A DNA stretch of 64,000 nucleotides, taken from NCBI GenBank assembly GCA_038320275.1, contig JBBQEB010000003.1:108-64107 (forward strand). Direction: 5' to 3'. The notes under the pieces were generated by a model. It did no database searches. It was not told the origin of the DNA and saw nothing but the letters and a program-made list of their open reading frames with translations. Positions 50,156 to 59,503 of this stretch are shown piece after piece. The stretch is from Myxococcales bacterium. GTDB taxonomy: Bacteria; Myxococcota; Myxococcia; Myxococcales; Anaeromyxobacteraceae. The translations under genes were made by a program, and so were the position numbers. How positions within the stretch are numbered: position 1 is the stretch's first letter; every line of letters begins with the position of its first letter.

Positions 50156-51244
50156 TCAGGGCGCCGCCTCCTGCGAGCTCCAGGCCGCCGTGTCGTCGAC
50201 CTGCTGGGCCAACCAGTCGTGGAGGCTCACGCCGACCGTGTAGCTGGCGGGGCGCCGGAGCAACGTGTGGCCAGCCCCCGCCACGAAATAGTGCTTCACG
50301 TTGGGTTGCGGATCCATGACCCGGTGCGCCGTGTCGAAGAGCGCGCCCGTGAAGGTGTCGGGCGAGATCAGGAAGAACAGAGGGATGGTGGTGTCGTGCA
50401 CGTAGGAGAGCAGGGACATGCGATCCTTCGGGTACTTGCGCGCGGCGGCGGCGAAGGCCTGGCCGAGGTCCGTCTTGCACTCCGGGCAAACGGAGGCGAG
50501 CGTGGAGTAGAGCCCCCAGGAGACGTCGAACGCGTCGGCCTGCGCGCGTCCGATCTCCGAGGCGAGGAGGGGCGGCCCGGAGTCGTCCACCACATACGAG
50601 GGCACGTGGGGCCAGTACGCCCGGAACGTGTCGTAGTTCGCGAGGGTGCCGAAGCCCCCCGCCGACGTGCCGCTCAGGACCACCTTGCCCGGTAGAGGAA
50701 AGGTGGGGGCGAGTCGCTTCATGAACGCGGCGAAGTTCTGGTGGCCGACGTGGTGGAAGGCGCGGGTGTCCGTCGCTGCGCCGCCCGGGAGCGTGACGGT
50801 GTACTGGGTCACCCGGTCGCCGGTGTGGACGTCGCCCGTGCAGTAGGGCACGTACACGAGCGTCCAGTCGCGAAAGGGATTGGCCGGGTCGGCGCGATCG
50901 AGCACACCGGTGAACGTCGCGGACTGAAGCGCCTGGAACTGAGCCTGGCCGAAGGGGCCCGGCGTCGTGATGAAGCCGGGCACGAAGCAGGTGCCGTAGG
51001 TCCAGCAGGCGCCGCCCCCCTCCAGGAAGACGAAGAGGTTTCCGCTGTCGCCGGGTGAGATGCCGATGCCGGTGGGCGATCCGTCCCCGCAGGCGCTGTC
51101 CGGAAAGTCGATCCAGGTCCAGGCGTTCTTCGCGAGGGCGCTGGCGGGAATGGCTTCGCCCATGGGCGGCGGGGTCGAGTCGCTCGATCCCCCGCAGGCG
51201 AGGAGCAGGGACAGGGTTGCGGCTGCGAGCGAACGGTGACGCAA
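50156..51244 (-). CDS. Pectin acetylesterase/Notum-like alpha/beta hydrolase lipoprotein
   Basis: LLLAC lipobox; CGDGSP, FLEGGGACW, VPYCTGDVH, GTSAGG. Confidence 0.8.
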   Translation of the reverse strand: MRHRSLAAATLSLLLACGGSSDSTPPPMGEAIPASALAKNAWTWIDFPDSACGDGSPTGIGISPGDSGNLFVFLEGGGACWTYGTCFVPGFITTPGPFGQAQFQALQSATFTGVLDRADPANPFRDWTLVYVPYCTGDVHTGDRVTQYTVTLPGGAATDTRAFHHVGHQNFAAFMKRLAPTFPLPGKVVLSGTSAGGFGTLANYDTFRAYWPHVPSYVVDDSGPPLLASEIGRAQADAFDVSWGLYSTLASVCPECKTDLGQAFAAAARKYPKDRMSLLSYVHDTTIPLFFLISPDTFTGALFDTAHRVMDPQPNVKHYFVAGAGHTLLRRPASYTVGVSLHDWLAQQVDDTAAWSSQEAAP

Positions 51245-51333
51245 GGTGAGGACCTCCTCGGTGAAACGCGGGGCCTCGAATGTAGGCCGTGGGTTCCGCC
51301 GCCGCCCGTCCGGCCGGGGAGTAGCATCGCCCC

Positions 51334-52125
51334 ATGCGCTCAGGGCCAGGTCGAGGTTTCCGCCGCAGGCTCGCCGTGGCGCTTCTCGCCCTGGCGTTCC
51401 TCGCGCCAGCCAGACCCGCCGAGGCCCGGCGGCGGCTCCCTCGCAAGGCGCATCCGGAGGGCAGCCTCGTGCTCGAGGGCAGGCCGACGCGCGTTCGCTG
51501 GACCGATGGCGACACCTTCAAGGTCCTCGATGGCCCGTTCGGTGGACTGCTCACGCGGCTCGACGGTTACAACACGCTCGAGAGCTATGGGCCGGTGCAC
51601 CGCTGGGGACGGTGGTCGCCCCCCGAGCTGCTGGCCCTGGCGCAGGAGGCGACGCGCTTCGCCGCCGCGGGCTCCTGGCACTGCACCAGCGCGGGCGCCG
51701 CCGACCGCTACCACCGACTGCTGGTGCGCTGTCCGGATGCGGCGCGCGCGCTCGTGCGCACGGGGCTCGCGATGGTCTATGCCGTCGACGCGGAAGCGAG
51801 GCCCGAGCTGCTCGCCGCGCAGCGGGATGCGCAGCGTGAGGGGCGAGGCATGTGGGCGAAGGGCGTGCCGCGCGGCATCGTGACGAACCTTCACTCGATC
51901 GTCGAGAACGGGGGAGAGGGCGCCTACGACCGCGTCGCGGACACGCGCACCGGACGTGCGATCGCCCGCCCGCACGAGCACGCGTACGCGATGTGCTCGG
52001 AGGTGTGTCAGGCCACCGAGGGCGACACGAGCTGCATGGTGTACGTCCCCTTCGAGCGCCGCTACCGCAACAAGCCGCCCTGCCTGCAGGGATCACCGGC
52101 GCGGCGGAAGCGGCAGGAGCGCTGA
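51334..52125 (+). CDS. Thermonuclease (SNase) family secreted nuclease
   Basis: WTDGDTF, RLDGYNTLE, DRYHRLL, LVRTGLA, AQREGRGMW. Confidence 0.85.
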   Translation: MRSGPGRGFRRRLAVALLALAFLAPARPAEARRRLPRKAHPEGSLVLEGRPTRVRWTDGDTFKVLDGPFGGLLTRLDGYNTLESYGPVHRWGRWSPPELLALAQEATRFAAAGSWHCTSAGAADRYHRLLVRCPDAARALVRTGLAMVYAVDAEARPELLAAQRDAQREGRGMWAKGVPRGIVTNLHSIVENGGEGAYDRVADTRTGRAIARPHEHAYAMCSEVCQATEGDTSCMVYVPFERRYRNKPPCLQGSPARRKRQER

Positions 52126-52995
52126 CGTCGTGCGCAGCTTCTCCGCCCAGGCAGGATGTCGCGACAGCATCCGACGATCCATCCACGGGATGCTCACGCC
52201 GAGGAACAGCGCGGAGATGGCGACGGCGCCGACGCCGCTCCACCACCACGAAGGGGCCGCGGCGAGCCCGAAGAAGAAGACACCCCACCAGAAGAGCACC
52301 TCGCCGAAGTAGTTGGGGTGCCGCGACAGGCGCCAGAGGCCGCTGTCGAGCACCGCCTCCGGATCTCGCCGGGTCCGGGTGAAGGCGCGGAGCTGCCGGT
52401 CGGCGAGCCACTCCACCATGACGGCCGCCGAGGTCACCACCGCCGCGGCGAGGTCGAGCAGGCCAAGCCGGCGCCCGGCCAAGGCGAGCGCCGGGTAGAG
52501 CGGCAGGAGGCCCAGGAACACCCAGACCGTCGGCATGAGGTGGATCGAGACGAGGCTCGCGGGCCAGTAGAGCCGGCCCGTCCTGGCGCGGATCTCCCGG
52601 TATCGAAAGTCCTCGTCCTCGAGCCCGCGCCAGCGGAGGAGCTGGTTTCCGGTGAGTCGCGCGCCCCAGGCGATCACCAGCGCGAGCACGAGGAGCTGGC
52701 GCAGGCCCGGACCGCCAGGGCGGAGCGCTGCCCAGTAGAGCGCGATGGGGAGGGGGGCCACGCTCCAGTACGGGTCGTACACGCTGGAGTTGTCGTGACG
52801 GACGCTGAAGAGGAAGACGACGCCGGTGGCGGCGAGATCGGCCACCGCCGCGGCGAGGATGGGGTGCCGGCCGCGCTGCGTGAGGCCGGCCGCGAGCCCC
52901 GCCAGGAGCGCCGCGCCGTAAGCCAGCGCGAGGACCCCCCGGCCGCGCCTGCCGGCCGCATCAGCCTCCCCAGGTTCCGCGCTGCGCCCGCTCAT
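52093..52995 (-). CDS. DUF1295 / steroid 5-alpha-reductase-like membrane protein
   Basis: NSSVYDPYWS, EDFRY, WLADRQL, GLWRLSRHPNYFGE. Confidence 0.88.
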   Translation of the reverse strand: MSGRSAEPGEADAAGRRGRGVLALAYGAALLAGLAAGLTQRGRHPILAAAVADLAATGVVFLFSVRHDNSSVYDPYWSVAPLPIALYWAALRPGGPGLRQLLVLALVIAWGARLTGNQLLRWRGLEDEDFRYREIRARTGRLYWPASLVSIHLMPTVWVFLGLLPLYPALALAGRRLGLLDLAAAVVTSAAVMVEWLADRQLRAFTRTRRDPEAVLDSGLWRLSRHPNYFGEVLFWWGVFFFGLAAAPSWWWSGVGAVAISALFLGVSIPWMDRRMLSRHPAWAEKLRTTSALLPLPPRR

Positions 52996-53777
52996 CCGTA
53001 GAGCCCGCGCGTCGCTCGCCCCATGAGCCGCACGGACGCCCGGCGGGTGAGCACCCGCCCGAAGAGGAAGGCGGTGATCCTGTTGAGCGCGCCGGGGATG
53101 GTCACCGGGCCGTGCCCCAGCCGCCGCAGCGCGCGCTCCGCCACCGCGTCCGGCTCCATGATGGGGACGCTCCGCTTCGGCTTCGACGCGAGGTAGGCAG
53201 GGGTCCGCACCGGCCCGGCGCGGCAGGCGAGGACGTCCACCCCGCGCTCCGCCAGCTCCACCCAGAGCCCCTCCGCCAGCACGAGGTCGAAAGCTTTGGA
53301 CGCGGCGTAGGACGCCACGTAAGCGGTGCCCTGGCCTCCCGCCAAGGACGCCATGAGGAGGATTCCCCCGCGCCCGCGCGCCGCCAGCCGGGCGCCCAGG
53401 AGGTAGCAGAGCACCACCGGACCGCGGCAGTTCACCTCCACCACGCGCAGGTGAGCCTCGAGCGGCGCATCGAGGAAGGGGCCGATGGCCGAGGCAGCCG
53501 CGTTGTAGACGAGCAGGCCCAGGTCGAGCCCGTCCACGAGGGCTGCAGCGCGCCCGGCGAGATCGGGCGCGGCGAGGTCGAGCGCAGCCGTGCGCACCTC
53601 CACCCCGTGCTTCGCCCGCAGCCGGGCCGCCAGCGCCTCCAGTGGCCCCGCCCGGCGGGCGACGAGCAGGAGGTTCAGTCCGCGGCCGGCGAGGAGCCGC
53701 GCGAAGGACTCGCCCAGACCCTCGGAGGCACCGGCGACGAGCGCCCAGGGGCCATAGCGATCCGCGAACGCGCTCAC
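52992..53777 (-). CDS. Short-chain dehydrogenase/reductase (17beta-HSD/KAR-like)
   Basis: RYGPWALVAGASEGLG, YNAA, YAASKAF; GTG start overlaps the upstream stop. Confidence 0.9.
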   Translation of the reverse strand: MSAFADRYGPWALVAGASEGLGESFARLLAGRGLNLLLVARRAGPLEALAARLRAKHGVEVRTAALDLAAPDLAGRAAALVDGLDLGLLVYNAAASAIGPFLDAPLEAHLRVVEVNCRGPVVLCYLLGARLAARGRGGILLMASLAGGQGTAYVASYAASKAFDLVLAEGLWVELAERGVDVLACRAGPVRTPAYLASKPKRSVPIMEPDAVAERALRRLGHGPVTIPGALNRITAFLFGRVLTRRASVRLMGRATRGLYG

Positions 53778-54310
53778 GCCGCCTCCAGGCCGGCAGCGCC
53801 CGCCGCCGGCTCCGTGAACGGATGGTGCGAGCGCGTCACCCGCCAGAGCACGAGGAAGGGCACCAGCAGCCAGGCGGCGTTCGAACCGATCGTCGCCCAC
53901 GGGTTCGGCGCGGCATGCACACCCTTCACCTCGTCGAAGAGGATGATGAAGACGTTCGTGAACATCATCGCCGCCCACAGGATGCTCGGCGTCCGGATCC
54001 AGTCGCGTCCACGCGCGTAGGCGAACAGCGCCGCCGCGTAGAAGGGGCCGAAGACGCAAACGTCGAGCCAGATGGTGGCGCGGTACCAGGCCGGGCGGGC
54101 GAGCAGCAGCGGGTCCCAGGTGCGCTCGTACCAGTGGATGAGCCGCAGGGCCGCCGCCGGCGGCCACACTGGCTGGGTGAAGTGGGCCGGGTCAGCGATG
54201 ACGATCTGCTCCAGGCTCACCACGTAGGAGATGAAGAACAGGTTCACCGCGAAGAACGCCAGCAACGCCACGTCCAGCGGTCGGCGCGAGAGCGGGATGG
54301 GGCGGCGCAT
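53774..54310 (-). CDS. EXPERA/emopamil-binding-protein family (sterol isomerase-like) membrane protein
   Basis: Four TM helices; WYERTWDPLL, WLDVCVFGPFY, NAAWLLVPFL..WR. Confidence 0.75.
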   Translation of the reverse strand: MRRPIPLSRRPLDVALLAFFAVNLFFISYVVSLEQIVIADPAHFTQPVWPPAAALRLIHWYERTWDPLLLARPAWYRATIWLDVCVFGPFYAAALFAYARGRDWIRTPSILWAAMMFTNVFIILFDEVKGVHAAPNPWATIGSNAAWLLVPFLVLWRVTRSHHPFTEPAAGAAGLEAA

Positions 54311-54360
54311 GGGCGCCAGGGTAGCGCGGATCTGCGCACGAGGCGCGCACGATGGAGGAC

Positions 54361-55084
54361 GAGGCTCGGGGGGAGGACGAGGCTCAGGGAAGGGCGAGGC
54401 TCACGGGGAGAACGAGCGAAGCGACGCAGCCGCGAACTGAGGTTGAAGGGACGACGCGGCTCACACGGGAGAACGAGGCTCACGGGAGAACGAGCGAAGG
54501 GCCCGTGCGTCCTGAGGAAGCGGAGCGCCCGGCCTGCGGACGGAACCGCTCCGGGGTCGGACCGCGTGCACGGTCCGTGACGCGGCAATCCAGCCGGGCA
54601 GGCATCGCCGCCCTGCGCGGCACGAAGGCCGTGCCAGCGGGGCCGCGCGCTCCGGCCGCCGCCCGTCAGGAGCCAGCCCGGAAGGCCGTCGCGGAGAGAG
54701 GAAGGAGGCACGGGCCCGAAGCGATGCAGCCGCGAGCCGAGGCTCACGGGAGAACGAGGCTCACGGGAGAACGAGCGAAGGGCCCGTGCGTCCTGAGGAA
54801 GCGGAGCGCCCGGCCTGCGGACGGAACCGCTCCAGGGTCGGACCGCGTGCACGGTCCGTGACGCGGCAATCCAGCCGGGCAGGCATCGCCGCCCTGCGCG
54901 GCACGAAGGCCGTGCCAGCGGGGCCGCGCGCTCCTGCCGCCGTCCGTCAGGGCCAGCCCGGAAGGCCGTCGCGGAGCGACGAAGGAAGCACGGGCCCGAA
55001 GCGATGCAACGGCGAGCCGAGGGGCCAGCCCGGAAGGCCGTCGCGGAGCGAGGAAGGAAGCACGGGCCCGAAGCGGTGCAGCCG
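54361..55084. repeat. Composite tandem repeat: two ~281-bp units plus sub-repeats
   Basis: Units start at 54464 and 54745; an extra ~62-bp copy near 55022-55083; about seven GAGGCTCACGGGAGAAC-like 17-mers. Confidence 0.9.
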
Positions 55085-55136
55085 CCATGGAATGCGTTCC
55101 ACGAGCACAGGGGCGAGGAGTAAGGTCCCGCCCTCG

Positions 55137-56336
55137 ATGGCACCCGATCCCCGCCGCCTCCGCATTGCCTTCGTCATCGACATCTTCGATGGCGTGAAGA
55201 CCGGCGGCGTCATCTCCGCCCAGCGCTTCGTGGCCGGGCTGCGCGAGCGGCACGACGTGGAGGTCATCACCACCGGCCCCGCAGGGCCCGGGCGGACCGA
55301 GCTGCCCGCCTTGCATCCACCCATCTTCCGCAAGCTCATGCGGGAGATGGGCTTCGTGTTCGCCCGCCCCCGCCGCCAGGTGCTGGAGGCCGCCTTCCGG
55401 CGCGCCGACCTCGTGCACGTCCAGTTCCCCTTCCTGCTCGGGATGCGCGCGGCCGCGCTCGCTCGCCGGATGGGAAAGCCGCTCGTCGCCGGGTTCCACG
55501 TTCAGCCCGAGAACATGCTGCGAAACGTCGGGCTGCCCTCGGAAGGCGCGCTGGTGGAGGGGCTCTACCGGCTCTTTTGCGCGCGCCTCTTCGACCTCGC
55601 CGACGCGGTGGTCTGCCCGAGCGCCTTCGCCAGGGACGAGCTCGTGCGGCGCGGGCTCCGCGTCCCGGCAGAGGTCGTCTCGAACGGCATCGACCCCAGG
55701 TTCACGCCCGGGCCAGCCCCCGAGGTCGCGGAAACCGGCGGCGAGGTCCTCGTCCTCTCCGTCGGCCGGCTCGCCCGCGAGAAGAGGCACGACGTCCTCA
55801 TCGAGGGGATCCGCCGCTCGCGCCACGCCGGCCGGGTGAGGCTCGTGGTGACCGGGCGCGGGCCAGAGGAGGCGCGGGTACGCGCCCTCGCGGCGACCCT
55901 GCCACTCCCAGCCCAGGTCACCTTCGTCACCGACGACGAGCTGCTCCGGCTCCTGCGCGCGGCGGACCTCCTCGTCCACGCCTCCGAGGTGGAGCTGGAG
56001 GGGATGGCGGTGCTGGAGGCGATGGGCTGCGGGACGCCCGCGCTCGTCGCGGATGCTCCGGCCAGCGCTTCCCCCTCCCTGGCGGCGGGGCCAGACTTCC
56101 TCTTCCGCCCCGGCGACGCCGGCGACCTCGCCGCGAAGCTCGACCACCTCCTCGACGACCCCGCCGCGCTCCCCGCGGCGCGCGCGCGCTGCCTCGAGCG
56201 CGCGCCCGCCTTCGCGCTGTCCGCCTGCGTCGCGAAGCTGGAGGCGCTCTACCTGCGCGTCGCCTCCGGGGAGGGGGTCAGCCCCCCGTCGGCCGCTCGC
56301 GCCGGACGATCCAGAGCGCCGCCGGCAGGGCGGTGA
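55137..56336 (+). CDS. GT4 glycosyltransferase, cholesterol alpha-glucosyltransferase (HP0421/CapJ)-like
   Basis: FARP..L..AF..AD.VH..FPFLL, GFHVQPEN, CPSAF..EL, SNGIDPRF, VGR..EK, HASEVELEGMAVLEA; recalled similarity to H. pylori CGT, not computed. Confidence 0.75.
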   Translation: MAPDPRRLRIAFVIDIFDGVKTGGVISAQRFVAGLRERHDVEVITTGPAGPGRTELPALHPPIFRKLMREMGFVFARPRRQVLEAAFRRADLVHVQFPFLLGMRAAALARRMGKPLVAGFHVQPENMLRNVGLPSEGALVEGLYRLFCARLFDLADAVVCPSAFARDELVRRGLRVPAEVVSNGIDPRFTPGPAPEVAETGGEVLVLSVGRLAREKRHDVLIEGIRRSRHAGRVRLVVTGRGPEEARVRALAATLPLPAQVTFVTDDELLRLLRAADLLVHASEVELEGMAVLEAMGCGTPALVADAPASASPSLAAGPDFLFRPGDAGDLAAKLDHLLDDPAALPAARARCLERAPAFALSACVAKLEALYLRVASGEGVSPPSAARAGRSRAPPAGR

Positions 56337-58566
56337 AGTCGGCCAGCATGGCGAGGAGGAAGGCCGCCGAGGTCACGACGCCGAACTGGCGCAGCGGGGG
56401 GAAGCTCGAAGCGGCGAGCCCCAGGAATCCGGCCGCGTTGATGAGGGTCGCGAAGACGATCGGGCGCCCCGACACCCGCAGCGTGTGCCGCAGCGCCGGC
56501 TCGAGCGATCGCGCGCCCTCCCGCTCCGCCTCGCCCAGGTGGTGGAAGAAGTGGATCTGGTCGTTCTCGGTGGTGCCGAGCACCGTGGTGGCGATGAGGA
56601 TGGTGGCCACGTTCAGGCTCGCGCCCACGAGCCGCATGCCGAGGAAGGTCGCGAGGATGGCGAAGAGGGACGGGATCATCGCCATGAGCCGCGCGCTCGG
56701 GCTCCTGAAGACGAAGAGGAAGGCGACGAAGATGAGCGCCGCGGTGATGGCAAAGCTCTGCGTCAAGGTGGGGACGAGGCTCGCCCCCACCTTGGCCTGC
56801 ACCATCGACTCGCCCACCACCTGCATCGAGGCGCCGCGAAAGGCCGGGTCCCCCGCCACGGTGCGCTCCCACGCGTCGGAGAGAGCGCGCGCGATGGCCC
56901 GATAGCCGACTTCGTCCCCGCCTCCGCGGAAGGTGACGGTGACCTGAGCGTTGGAGAGCGTCCCCACGTCGAGGAAGCCGCGCAGCTCCGGCTCGGACAG
57001 CAAGAGCCCCTCCACGTCGGCGGCGAGCGCCGCGAAGACCTCGGGATCCTGGGTGAGGCGGTCGCCCTGCCCCGCCAGGTAGCCGCGCAGTCGAAGGAAG
57101 GTGGTGGGCCCGACCACCGCGTTCACCCCGGGCAGCGTCTCCACCGCCGTCGTGAAGCGGTCGAGACCCCGCAGCACCTCCGGGTCGGCGGCGGCTCCCG
57201 GCGGCGTCTTCACCCAGACGCGCGCCACGTCGAGCCCGGACACGTGCTCCCGGAAGAAGAGCATGTCGCGGTGGATGGCGAGCGAGGGGTCGACGTAATC
57301 GAGAGCGTCCACCCCGACGCGCATGGGGGCGAGCCGCCCCGGGATGCCGAGGAGCGCCGCCAACCCGGCGGCCGACAGGGCGAGCGCGCCGACGAGCAGC
57401 GGCCAGCGCAGCCTGTACGTCAGGCGGGGCAGCGCGTCGGCGGCGCGGTCGTAGAGAGCGCTCCGCACCTGCACCGCGCGCCGGGTGGGCGTCCGGAGCA
57501 CCTTCTGCAGCGCTGGAAAGAGCGTGAGCGCGACCACCCAGGCGATGGCGAGCCCTGCCGCGGTCCAGAGGCCCATCTCGCGCACCGGCCGGATCTTGGA
57601 GACGCCGAGCGCGCCGAAGCCCAGCACCGCCGCGACTGCGGAGGCGGTCACCGGCAGCGCCTTGTTGGCGAGCGCCCAGGCCTGGTGCGCGTCCGTCGAG
57701 GTGCCCTCCGGCTGGTCGACGAACCGCGAGTGCAGGTAGACCAGGGTGGCGAGCGTCGTCACGAGGATGGTGAGGGGCACCAGCGCGGAGACGACGGTGA
57801 AGGAGAAGCCGAGGAGCCGGCCCACCCCCACGCCCAGCGCCACCGACGCCCCGAGCGCGAGCAGGATGGCGAGGAGCGAGCGCGGGGAGCGGTAGAGGTA
57901 GAGCGACAGCACGACCACGAGGAGCCCGAAGAGCGGGAACGAACGCACCGACGCGCTGCCCGAGGCGTGCTCGATCCAGGACTCGACGTAGGGCGCGCCG
58001 ACCTTGCGAAGCTCGCGCAGGCTCCCCCGCGGCGCCCGCGCCAGGGCAGCGTCGATCTGCGCCAGCACCTCGTCGCGCTCGCGGGCGCCGTGCACGTCGA
58101 GCCCGACCGGGATTCCGTGGAAGTGGTCGCCGACGAGTCCCTGCCGCCGGAAGAAATCCGCCCCGGTGGCGAAGCGGCGAAAGGCGGCGGCGCCCTCCGG
58201 CGTGGGCGCAAAGCCGGGGTGAGCCCGGCGGTAGACGTCGAGCGCCGAGTAGGGATGCGCGCGCGCCACGCTCCGCAGCGCGGCCTCGACGCCCTCGAGG
58301 TCGCGCAGCACCTCCGGGCGCCAGGGGTCGTCCGCCTCGAGGAGCAGGATGACCAGCGCGCCCTCCGGGAAGACGGTCTGGAACTCGCGGGTCGCGACGA
58401 CATCGGGATCGGAGGGGACCACCAGACGGTCGATCCCGCTCTCGGAAGCGATGCGCGTCGCGAGCAGGGCGGCCGCCGGCACGAGCAGCGCGTAGGCCAC
58501 CAGGATGGGAAACCGGGCCGCGACGACGGCGCGGAAGACGCGCTCGAGCGGGGAGGGGGCGGGCAC
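56278..58566 (-). CDS. MMPL/RND lipid transporter (BstA-like)
   Basis: Two periplasmic-loop/TM-bundle repeats; LGTTENDQIHF, GRPIVFATLINAAGF, SFPPLRQFG; GTG start inferred. Confidence 0.85.
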   Translation of the reverse strand: MPAPSPLERVFRAVVAARFPILVAYALLVPAAALLATRIASESGIDRLVVPSDPDVVATREFQTVFPEGALVILLLEADDPWRPEVLRDLEGVEAALRSVARAHPYSALDVYRRAHPGFAPTPEGAAAFRRFATGADFFRRQGLVGDHFHGIPVGLDVHGARERDEVLAQIDAALARAPRGSLRELRKVGAPYVESWIEHASGSASVRSFPLFGLLVVVLSLYLYRSPRSLLAILLALGASVALGVGVGRLLGFSFTVVSALVPLTILVTTLATLVYLHSRFVDQPEGTSTDAHQAWALANKALPVTASAVAAVLGFGALGVSKIRPVREMGLWTAAGLAIAWVVALTLFPALQKVLRTPTRRAVQVRSALYDRAADALPRLTYRLRWPLLVGALALSAAGLAALLGIPGRLAPMRVGVDALDYVDPSLAIHRDMLFFREHVSGLDVARVWVKTPPGAAADPEVLRGLDRFTTAVETLPGVNAVVGPTTFLRLRGYLAGQGDRLTQDPEVFAALAADVEGLLLSEPELRGFLDVGTLSNAQVTVTFRGGGDEVGYRAIARALSDAWERTVAGDPAFRGASMQVVGESMVQAKVGASLVPTLTQSFAITAALIFVAFLFVFRSPSARLMAMIPSLFAILATFLGMRLVGASLNVATILIATTVLGTTENDQIHFFHHLGEAEREGARSLEPALRHTLRVSGRPIVFATLINAAGFLGLAASSFPPLRQFGVVTSAAFLLAMLADFTALPAALWIVRRERPTGG

Positions 58567-58630
58567 GGGCGAAGGGTATACCCGGCCACAGCTCGTTGCG
58601 GGAGAAGGGGCTCCGAGGCATGGTGCGCGG

Positions 58631-59503
58631 ATGACGACCGCGCTCGCCACCGCACTCGCAGCCCTGCTCGCCGCCGCGCCCGCCGCCGGCTCCTCGAAGC
58701 CGGCCAAGCCCGCCAAGGCCATCGTGCCCCAGCTCACGACCATCGTGGCCTGTGCTCCGGGGTACCCCGGCACCACCGCCGAGGCCCAGCCCGGCATGAA
58801 CGCCTTCGCCGCGGCCGTGTCGAAGGCCGTTGGCCTACCGCCCACCTCGGTGAAGGCGCTCTACGTCCCCAGCGAGAAAGCCGGGCTCGCCCGCATGCAG
58901 CAGCCGGACGTCGGGGTCGCGCTGGTGACGCTTCCGTTCTACGTGGCGCACGCGGCCGAGCTCCGGCTCCAGCCGCAGCTCACCGTCGAGAACGAGGGCC
59001 GCGGGCCCTCCGAGAGCTGGACCTTGGTGGCCCGGAAGGGCGCGTTGAAGGACGCGGCCGGGCTCGCCGGCTTTCGCATCGAGTCCATCGCTGGCTACGC
59101 GCCCGGGTTCGTGCGGGCCGCGCTGGCCGGCTGGGGCGCGGTGCCGAAGGAGGTCCCCATCGCGCCCACCCGCAAGGTGCTCACCTCGCTGCGCCAGGCG
59201 GCCGGGGGCGAGAAGGTGGCCGTGCTGCTCGACGCAGGCCAGGCAGCCTCGCTCGCGAGCCTGCCCTTCGCGGGCGAGCTGGAGGTGGTGGCGAAGTCGG
59301 AGCCGCTGCCAGCCGCCCTGGTGTGCGTCCTCACGCCGAGGATGAAGCCCTCCAAGTTCCGGCCGCTGAGCGGTGCGATGCTGCGCGTGGCGGGCGATCC
59401 CGAGGGGGCGGCCGCGCTGAAGGGCATCCGCATGGTGCGCTTCGCGCCCCTCGACGCCGCCGTGCACGCCTCGCTGAGCAAGGTCATGGAAGCCTCGCGT
59501 TGA
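58631..59503 (+). CDS. PhnD/phosphonate-binding-like periplasmic protein (BstB-like)
   Basis: Signal peptide; PBP2-like pattern (APGYPG, LVARKG, AVLLD..Q, VVAKSEPLP); no cognate ABC genes adjacent. Confidence 0.65.
   Translation: MTTALATALAALLAAAPAAGSSKPAKPAKAIVPQLTTIVACAPGYPGTTAEAQPGMNAFAAAVSKAVGLPPTSVKALYVPSEKAGLARMQQPDVGVALVTLPFYVAHAAELRLQPQLTVENEGRGPSESWTLVARKGALKDAAGLAGFRIESIAGYAPGFVRAALAGWGAVPKEVPIAPTRKVLTSLRQAAGGEKVAVLLDAGQAASLASLPFAGELEVVAKSEPLPAALVCVLTPRMKPSKFRPLSGAMLRVAGDPEGAAALKGIRMVRFAPLDAAVHASLSKVMEASR

Noticed and set aside
54361-55084. Possible CRISPR array or repeat-protein gene
   Set aside because: Units are near-identical along their whole length with no unique spacers, no cas genes are present, and ORFs across it lack coherent features
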